A DNA stretch of 64,000 nucleotides from Candidatus Nanopelagicales bacterium (GTDB lineage: Bacteria; Actinomycetota; Actinomycetes; S36-B12; UBA5976): the NCBI GenBank assembly GCA_036796575.1, contig DAIRCR010000002.1, forward strand, positions 247,122 to 311,121, read 5' to 3'. Each line of letters starts with the position of its first letter. The stretch's first letter is position 1. Below, in pieces: positions 57,594 through 64,000 of this stretch. The notes under the pieces were generated by a model that saw only the letters and a program-made list of their open reading frames with translations, did not search any database and was not told where the DNA came from. A program made the position numbers and the translations under genes.

Positions 57594-59102
57594 ATGGGAA
57601 AGCATAGAGCTCCTGGCACTGAATCTGCTGCGCATCCTTGGTTACGTAAAGCTACCGCTGGCCTTTCGATTTTCATCATGACGCTAACTGCCCTTGGTGG
57701 TGGTGCTGTTTATGCGATCAATGGCCTGGGTGCAAACATTGGGGCAATCGATACAAGTGATCTCAACACGATTGATCGGCCCGAGAGCTTCATCCAAACC
57801 GACACTAGCCCGACCAACCTATTGATTATGGGATCAGATTCCCGCGAAGGTGACGGCAACGACTCATACGGTGACGCCGGCGGTGCACGATCGGACACCA
57901 CATTGTTGGTACATCTTTACAACGGACGTAAAGATGCTGTCGTGGTTTCAATTCCACGAGACTCTTGGGTCGAGATCGCTGGTTGCACCCGACCTGATGG
58001 CAGCACTACTCGGCCTTACGAAACAAAGTTCAACGCAGCTTTCGCATTCGGTGGTCCAGTGTGCACCATCAAAACAGTTGAGAAACTAACCAATGTTCGA
58101 ATCGATAACTTTGTTGTGGTCGACTTTAAAGCTTTCAAAACTGTTGTTGATGCAATCGGGGGTGTGGAGGTTTGTTTGACATCCCCTGCCTACGATCCTG
58201 TGGTTCCTGGTCGCGGTGGTTCAGGACTTAACTTGCCAGCCGGATACAGCAACATCAGCGGGGAACAAGCTCTAGCTTTTGTGCGAGCCCGTGAGTCTCT
58301 AGGCGATGGTAGTGATATCAGTCGAATTGAACGTCAACAACAATTCATTGGTTCGATGATTCGCGGCATGACGGAAAAAGGTCTACTTACAAATCCACAA
58401 ATGATTTACCGAGTTTTGGGCGCTATCACATCCTCAATTCAAACTAATCCAGAGTTTGCTGATGTCAAAACCCTGCAAGACTTTGCATTGTCACTAGGTG
58501 GGTTGAGTCCTTCACGAATCACGTTCGTTACTGTTCCCTTTGAATATCGCGGTACTGGAAATGTTTATTGGACCGCAGAGACCGATGATCTTTGGGAAGC
58601 AATTCGAATGGATCAATTGATTTCCGATGAAGAAGCTGTTGTTGCGCCAAGCGCAGCTGGTTCGCCAACTGAAAATGTAGCAGCTCCTAAGCCTTCAGAA
58701 ATCAGCCTCTCAGTTCTTAATGCCACCAACACAGTTGGACTTGCTAAAACGGCGGCTGATGCCATCGAGTCTGATGGCTACAACGTCATCAAGGTTGGTA
58801 ATTCAACTAAGCGCCTCACTGCTACCGAAATCCTTTACAAGTCATCTGAATTCGAAGAGGCAAAAGCACTAGCTGCAACATATGGCGTCACCAATTTAAC
58901 CAAGGATGATTCACTGGTTTCCCCAATTGTGTTGCTTGTGGCTACCGATTGGAAGAATGGCAAGGTTGTTTCATCTGCAGCTTCCACAGCTTCGAAATCT
59001 CCAACGCCAACGCTCACACCTAGTGCATCACCATCAGCAAGTTCTGAGGGAACCGCTGCCGCAACCGATTGCACTGAAGGTAATAACCGCGTAAAGAAAT
59101 AG
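57594..59102 (+). CDS. LytR-CpsA-Psr (LCP) family glycopolymer ligase with C-terminal LytR_C-like domain
   Basis: N-terminal TM, then the LCP core (NLLIMGSDSR...RSDTTLLVHL...SIPRDSWV...ALAFVRAR). The C-terminal part is VLNATNTVGLAKTAAD... Confidence 0.9.
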   Translation: MGKHRAPGTESAAHPWLRKATAGLSIFIMTLTALGGGAVYAINGLGANIGAIDTSDLNTIDRPESFIQTDTSPTNLLIMGSDSREGDGNDSYGDAGGARSDTTLLVHLYNGRKDAVVVSIPRDSWVEIAGCTRPDGSTTRPYETKFNAAFAFGGPVCTIKTVEKLTNVRIDNFVVVDFKAFKTVVDAIGGVEVCLTSPAYDPVVPGRGGSGLNLPAGYSNISGEQALAFVRARESLGDGSDISRIERQQQFIGSMIRGMTEKGLLTNPQMIYRVLGAITSSIQTNPEFADVKTLQDFALSLGGLSPSRITFVTVPFEYRGTGNVYWTAETDDLWEAIRMDQLISDEEAVVAPSAAGSPTENVAAPKPSEISLSVLNATNTVGLAKTAADAIESDGYNVIKVGNSTKRLTATEILYKSSEFEEAKALAATYGVTNLTKDDSLVSPIVLLVATDWKNGKVVSSAASTASKSPTPTLTPSASPSASSEGTAAATDCTEGNNRVKK

Positions 59103-59130
59103 ACCTGTAAAAATTCAACGTAATTTCAGA

Positions 59131-59994
59131 TCAAATTACGGGCGGTCGACCGGCTTTCGTCATAGCCCAAACTGTTGACCACTTAATGGATTCGCGTTCT
59201 CCCGCATTTCGAATCCAACCAGAACCAAACCCATGCAGGTAATTCTTTAGCGCTGACCAAGAACGTACTCGGAGCAAAGTAATCACCAACCATGTGAGTG
59301 GATAAACAGGAACCAATATCCACGGAAGATTACGCTTGGCGAGCCAAACCCGATTACGTGCATTCATAAATGCAAACTCAGCAAAGCGAGCTGGAGTGGT
59401 TGGTGGATGCGCAACTGGAATGTTGCCGGCATACCAAACTGTGTGGCCGGTATTCCAGGTCCGCCAGCAAAGTTCGATGCCTTCGTGCAGGTAGTAAAAC
59501 TCTTCTCCCCAACCACCAAAGGAATCAAATACATCGCGGCGAATTGCCACGCCACCTTCCCAAAGCGAAGTTGCTAACCCGCTTTGGTGCACATCCCCCG
59601 CACGAAGTCTTGGGACCCGTCGCTTTGGTTCGCTCACACCGTTGTAATCAATTACACGCGGTTGAACTAAGGCTGCGTTGGTATCTGGTCCAATAGTTTC
59701 AATTAACTCAGCCAAAGTTGTTGAAGTTGGCAATTGCGCATCATCGTCTAAGAAAAACAAGTAGTCACCTGTAACAACAGCGGCACCTGCATTTCTTCCA
59801 GCTGTTGCTCCGATGTTTTCGGGTAAGAAATGGGTGTTGGCACCTGCCGGAATGTTTACTGGATCCCAACCATTACCAACAACAACTATGTCGACATCGA
59901 CTCCAGTTTGTGTCAATAAAGACTTCACGCTGCGATCAAGTTCTGCAGGGCGTGTTCCCATTGTCAGAACTACGCATCCAACTTTAGGACTCAA
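59131..59994 (-). CDS. glycosyltransferase family 2 (WbbL-like position)
   Basis: VVLTMGTRPAELDRSVKSLLTQT, a DxD motif (FFLDDDA) and a C-terminal TM are present. It overlaps the upstream gene by 4 nt. Confidence 0.85.
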   Translation of the reverse strand: MSPKVGCVVLTMGTRPAELDRSVKSLLTQTGVDVDIVVVGNGWDPVNIPAGANTHFLPENIGATAGRNAGAAVVTGDYLFFLDDDAQLPTSTTLAELIETIGPDTNAALVQPRVIDYNGVSEPKRRVPRLRAGDVHQSGLATSLWEGGVAIRRDVFDSFGGWGEEFYYLHEGIELCWRTWNTGHTVWYAGNIPVAHPPTTPARFAEFAFMNARNRVWLAKRNLPWILVPVYPLTWLVITLLRVRSWSALKNYLHGFGSGWIRNAGERESIKWSTVWAMTKAGRPPVI

Positions 59995-60794
59995 CGCAAT
60001 CGACTCGAATTCAAGATCGCTACTGCGTGACCAACAACAGTGACAGCCGCCGCTACCACCATAAACTTCAGCAAGAATTGTGTCGCAACCAAGTCACCAA
60101 CGAATAGATCAGCAATGGCAGCAATAGCAATTAGCAAAGTCATTTCGATGGAATGGAAAATTCGATTGAATGGAAACAGTCGAACCACCGAACGCAGTTT
60201 TGCCAGCGCTGAAGATTTTGGTGCTGCAACAGCTGGGCTCTCGGAAAGTTTAGGCAGACCATTGAATGCTCTTGCCACATGAACCATGTCGTTAAGGGCC
60301 TTGTTAAACAAAACTAAAACGGATAACAAAAGACCAAGTGCGACAAAACTTAAATTTTGGGAATTGACTTCGGCTATTCCTCCGGCAGCGCGGACACCTA
60401 GCGCTATTGGAATGAAGCCTTCAGCAATGTAATGGCCTAGCTTGTCTAGGAATACTCCTGCTGGTGATGAAGTTTGTCGCCATCTGGCAACTTCGCCGTC
60501 ACTGCAATCCAAAATCATTTGTAGTTGCCCGAAAAAGGCGGCAAGTAACCCACCTGGTAGACCAGGAATAAGCAAAACAAATCCAGCCATAAATCCTGAG
60601 GCGATCATTAAGTAAGTGACGCCGTTTGCGCTAAATCCAGCCTTTAACAAAACCCGAGTTTGGTACGGAGAAATTTTTCGAAAAAATGGGTTTCCCAGCC
60701 AGTGCTCTGAGTTCTGCCGGCCGCTGATCTCTTCTGGTTGTGTGACTGCTTTAAGTTCAGCAATCGTTGGATTGGTTGGTCGCGGGGTACTCAC
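59991..60794 (-). CDS. CDP-alcohol phosphatidyltransferase family protein (signature with terminal Asp replaced by His)
   Basis: 267 aa, polytopic. The signature DCSDGEVARWRQTSSPAGVFLDKLGH follows D-x2-DG-x2-AR-x8-G-x3-D-x3-H. Confidence 0.85.
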   Translation of the reverse strand: MSTPRPTNPTIAELKAVTQPEEISGRQNSEHWLGNPFFRKISPYQTRVLLKAGFSANGVTYLMIASGFMAGFVLLIPGLPGGLLAAFFGQLQMILDCSDGEVARWRQTSSPAGVFLDKLGHYIAEGFIPIALGVRAAGGIAEVNSQNLSFVALGLLLSVLVLFNKALNDMVHVARAFNGLPKLSESPAVAAPKSSALAKLRSVVRLFPFNRIFHSIEMTLLIAIAAIADLFVGDLVATQFLLKFMVVAAAVTVVGHAVAILNSSRLR

Positions 60795-60843
60795 CCTCTT
60801 ATTGTGGCCTACAACTGCAACAGAGCCCGAATTTGCGCGCTAA

Positions 60844-62613
60844 CTAACGAATCTGTTGCATCCACTTTAAGGATGCATAGCCTACGAATAGCAAGGTAAA
60901 TCCAATGCCACCGATCAATAACGCAACATTGAGCGGGATCAAAATTCCTAGCGCAGTCATGATGATGATCAAACTTCTCCCCAGGAATCCAAGGCCATAA
61001 GTCTTAATGTCCTTTGGTATTTCAAATCCAGCCAGAGATCGATACAACGCATCGTAGTGATGAAATGCGACTGCAAAAATCCACAAATATGCGACTGGGT
61101 TGCTCCGTGCGATTGCAAAAACTAGTCCAAGTTCAAGGAGTCTCAAAACTGCAGGAGCCATCCAGGCGAACTTGCCCGCTAACGGATGTGATCCATCGGC
61201 CCAGAACCACTCAGCCCCAAGGCCTGGATTGATTTGCCGCTCCAGTACATCGCATCCCGAAACCGTCTTTGGGTGCCGCCAAGACTTGCTGCGCAAAATC
61301 CGACCAGTGGTTGTGTAAGCAAGTGCGATTAGTCCGAGAATTAGCAAACCCCATAGTGCAAAAGCTGGTGAGTTGAATGCTGCGCCAAGTGAAATCACTA
61401 ACCAGCGTTCCCCGATTGGCATGTGAATTATCTTCTTGATCCAGCGAATCATGGAGTTGGAATTAAGCGCTGCTGAAGTATCTAGTAACGACCCGTTGCT
61501 GGCTGCCGGGATATCATTTGGCTCGCTTAGAGATAGTGGAATAACGGCTGTCTCGCGAATAACTTGAACTGCATGGAAGTTGTAATCACTCATGTGTCGA
61601 ACTGTCTGCAAAATCATTAAGCCCATAGCTAGCGGCCATAGATTCAAGCCATGATGAGAAGCTCCGAAAGCCAGGCCAGCATAAAGTGCATACTCTTTGA
61701 TGCGATCAGTTGCGGCATCAAGCCAAGCACCAAATTGTGAAGAGACTCCGGTGTATCGAGCAACTTCACCATCTGCGCAGTCAATGATTATGGAAACCTG
61801 CACGCCAACTGCACCAATAATCATTAAGGGCCACCAGCCGGTTGCAAAGAAGCCGGAAACGAATAACGCCAAGATCAAGGATGCAAGTGTTATTTGATTT
61901 GGGGTCCAGCCTCGCTTTACTGAAAACATTGAAACTTTGCGAGATAGTTTCCGCAACACAAATGTGGAATAGAAACCATCATCCGCGCGAAGCGCACGTT
62001 TAGTTCGTACTACTTGTTCGTCTTGATTTGAAACTTGTGTTTGCAAATCAATTAACTCGATGTCAGTGTCAGCTCGCTCACATATGCCAGTTGTGACAAT
62101 GGAAACTACAGGGCATGCCGCGCGCACCAGAGCAACGGTTATCAAATCAACAAGGTTAGGTTTCTGCGATGCAGCTTCAAAGTATTCACTTGCTTGTTGG
62201 ATTGCTGCACTCGTTTTTGCATTGTCTCCAATTCGAATGAAACCCAACATTTCATGTGTCGCTGCGCTCACCTTATGTTCACTAGACCCGGCACTAACGA
62301 TTTGTTTGTGTGTAACGCGAGCTGGATGCATTGATTTTGTGCTTGGTTTAACAACTGCTGCACTCACACTCCAGTGACCCTTTACCAAAGCGTCCATCAT
62401 GGCTTGGCCAGTTACAAAACCTTGGTCAACAACGGCAACTGGGCCATCAGATAAGAAATCAGCGACTCGAGATAGAAAACTACTAGCACTCAAATCCTTG
62501 TGCTCAATAAAAACACCGCCAGCATTTTCCACTTGCTTGCGTAGTGTCTGAACTTGAGATCCAAAGCTCGGGTCAGTCAGGTTTAACAAAACCCGAAGAG
62601 GCAAGTGTTCCAA
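60844..62613 (-). CDS. three-module membrane protein: N-terminal soluble domain + CDP-alcohol phosphatidyltransferase + C-terminal polytopic domain (DUF5941-like, from memory)
   Basis: The canonical signature DCADGEVARYTGVSSQFGAWLDAATD lies in the middle. It is preceded by about 225 soluble residues and followed by about 200 residues with further TM segments. I chose the TTG at 62613, 7 nt after a strong SD (AGGAGG). Confidence 0.8.
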   Translation of the reverse strand: MEHLPLRVLLNLTDPSFGSQVQTLRKQVENAGGVFIEHKDLSASSFLSRVADFLSDGPVAVVDQGFVTGQAMMDALVKGHWSVSAAVVKPSTKSMHPARVTHKQIVSAGSSEHKVSAATHEMLGFIRIGDNAKTSAAIQQASEYFEAASQKPNLVDLITVALVRAACPVVSIVTTGICERADTDIELIDLQTQVSNQDEQVVRTKRALRADDGFYSTFVLRKLSRKVSMFSVKRGWTPNQITLASLILALFVSGFFATGWWPLMIIGAVGVQVSIIIDCADGEVARYTGVSSQFGAWLDAATDRIKEYALYAGLAFGASHHGLNLWPLAMGLMILQTVRHMSDYNFHAVQVIRETAVIPLSLSEPNDIPAASNGSLLDTSAALNSNSMIRWIKKIIHMPIGERWLVISLGAAFNSPAFALWGLLILGLIALAYTTTGRILRSKSWRHPKTVSGCDVLERQINPGLGAEWFWADGSHPLAGKFAWMAPAVLRLLELGLVFAIARSNPVAYLWIFAVAFHHYDALYRSLAGFEIPKDIKTYGLGFLGRSLIIIMTALGILIPLNVALLIGGIGFTLLFVGYASLKWMQQIR

Positions 62614-62720
62614 AATCTTGCCTCCTGTCCTAAACCTAATAAATGTAGGCAAAAATCGCTGCTTCGATAGAATTATCCCACCGAATACACATCTGCCGTT
62701 AATCCTTGGAGTTATGAGCC

Positions 62721-64000
62721 GTGGCTACACAATCACTAAAGGCTGCAATACCAGCACCCGTTCGTGATGGCGTTGCGATAGTCCTCGATGCCCTGCACAT
62801 TCGAAAACGATTTGTCGATGGTCCAATGGGTTTTGACCCTGATGCTGGTTTAAAAGTTGATGTTGCTGTCTATTTTCCAGACAACATGTCTAAGTCATAC
62901 CAACTCACTCAGTGGCTACCGGTTCTGGAAGATCACCCCAGCGACTTAACTTTTGGCCTAGTGGTTCGAAAGATTCCGATCTATTTGGAATTAAAGGAAC
63001 TCACCAGCTTGCCTATTGCTTATGTTCCAACTTTCGCTGACGTTATGGAACTTTATCGGGTTAGTCCATTCAAGGCTGTTATGTATGTCAATAACGGTGT
63101 TGGAAACTTTCAATCATTAACTGTTGCTGAACTTGCTCACATCCATGTCAATCATGGTGAGAGCGACAAGATTTGCATGGTCAGCAATCAAGTGAAGGCG
63201 TATGACCGGGTATTTGTTGCAGGTCAAGCAGCAGTACTTCGTCATCGCGCCGCACTTTCGGAATTCAATGAAGAAGTTTTGGTTCGTGTCGGTCGGCCAC
63301 AGCTGGATGAAAATCCTGCACCTTCAATTCCCGAATCATCACGACGCACAGTTTTATACGCACCCACATGGGCCGGAGAAGATGAAGCCAATAACTACAC
63401 ATCTATGGAATTCATGGGATCACACATTATTGATGCCACCTTGGCCCAGGACAACGTACGGGTGATTTATAAGCCCCATCCACGAATTGCCGACTCTGAC
63501 GATCAACGAATTCGAAAGAATCACGCACACGTTTTACGCGCAATCAAGCAAGCGAATGCAAAAGATTCTGCTGCTGGACATGAAGTTCGCGAGTCGGGAG
63601 ACATTCTGGCAATTTTCCCACGCATTGATTTGTTAATCTCGGACGTTTCCTCAATTGCCCTGGACTTTTTATACCTACGAACCGAAGCCCCAATTATTCT
63701 CACTGATCGCCGCAACAATATTTCCCAACTTCAAATTGACTCACCACTAAGCGCCGCTACCCCAGTGCTGACAAAAGATAATGTCAAAAATGCCAATCAA
63801 ATGATTAGTGAAATTCTGACTTCTGACAAATTCGTTGCGGATCGCAAAGTTCTGCGCGAGTTTTACTTTGATAACGTCAAAGCCGGTGAATCTGCACCTA
63901 GGTTCTTTGCAGCCATGCGCGAAGCAATTAAAGCCCACTCTGCTGACGCCGCTCGCGCAAAATCACTTGCAGAATCAGGCACTGGGCCTCGTTTTGAACA
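62721..64000 (+). CDS. CDP-glycerol glycerophosphotransferase family protein (TagF/TagB-like), partial; 3' end beyond window
   Basis: The frame is open from the GTG at 62721 (SD GGAG 9 nt upstream) to the window end, so it is absent from the ORF track. Motifs RRTVLYAPTWAGE, VIYKPHPRI and DLLISDVSSIALDFLYL are typical of the TagF catalytic domain. Confidence 0.85.
   Translation, partial: MATQSLKAAIPAPVRDGVAIVLDALHIRKRFVDGPMGFDPDAGLKVDVAVYFPDNMSKSYQLTQWLPVLEDHPSDLTFGLVVRKIPIYLELKELTSLPIAYVPTFADVMELYRVSPFKAVMYVNNGVGNFQSLTVAELAHIHVNHGESDKICMVSNQVKAYDRVFVAGQAAVLRHRAALSEFNEEVLVRVGRPQLDENPAPSIPESSRRTVLYAPTWAGEDEANNYTSMEFMGSHIIDATLAQDNVRVIYKPHPRIADSDDQRIRKNHAHVLRAIKQANAKDSAAGHEVRESGDILAIFPRIDLLISDVSSIALDFLYLRTEAPIILTDRRNNISQLQIDSPLSAATPVLTKDNVKNANQMISEILTSDKFVADRKVLREFYFDNVKAGESAPRFFAAMREAIKAHSADAARAKSLAESGTGPRFE

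Overview
This 64-kb window is a chromosomal segment from an actinobacterium. Gene content and order match conserved Actinobacteria core loci, recalled from memory of Mycobacterium tuberculosis. Those loci are pmt-rsmI-metG-tatD-rpfB-ksgA-ispE; glmU-prs-rplY-pth; mfd-mazG-eno-ftsB-DUF501-ppx; FmdB/Ruc-5FCL-galU-moeA-rimJ-membrane protein; and manC-TIGR03089-LCP. Codon choice looks A/T-rich for the phylum. Genes are packed tightly, with many 1-4 nt start/stop overlaps and two convergent overlaps, which suggests a streamlined genome (inference only). I call about 66 protein genes, two of them truncated by the window edges and therefore missing from the ORF track. I also call 3 tRNAs, 3 hairpin terminators and a few short repeats or palindromes. 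I saw no rRNA, transposase, integrase, CRISPR array or recognisable defence system, so I cannot point to one clear-cut novel system. Most of the window is housekeeping. The items most worth a second look are as follows. (1) A tRNA at 5867-5944 whose anticodon loop reads UAA (Leu) but whose variable region is only 5 nt. (2) An internally deleted MoeA paralog beside a small membrane/coiled-coil protein, in the position of the gephyrin-like Glp / GlpR(SepX) division module. (3) A cell-envelope glycopolymer cluster at 53.4-64 kb, with LCP ligase, an amidase with FN3 repeats, GT2, two CDP-alcohol phosphatidyltransferases (one with a non-canonical signature, one a three-module fusion) and a TagF-like enzyme. 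(4) A G5 + SLT-type hydrolase in the rpfB position, with a 14-nt tandem repeat and palindrome upstream. (5) Several small ORFs and hairpins placed directly against Shine-Dalgarno sites. Start codons are best guesses; the ORF track reports longest ORFs, and I shortened several.
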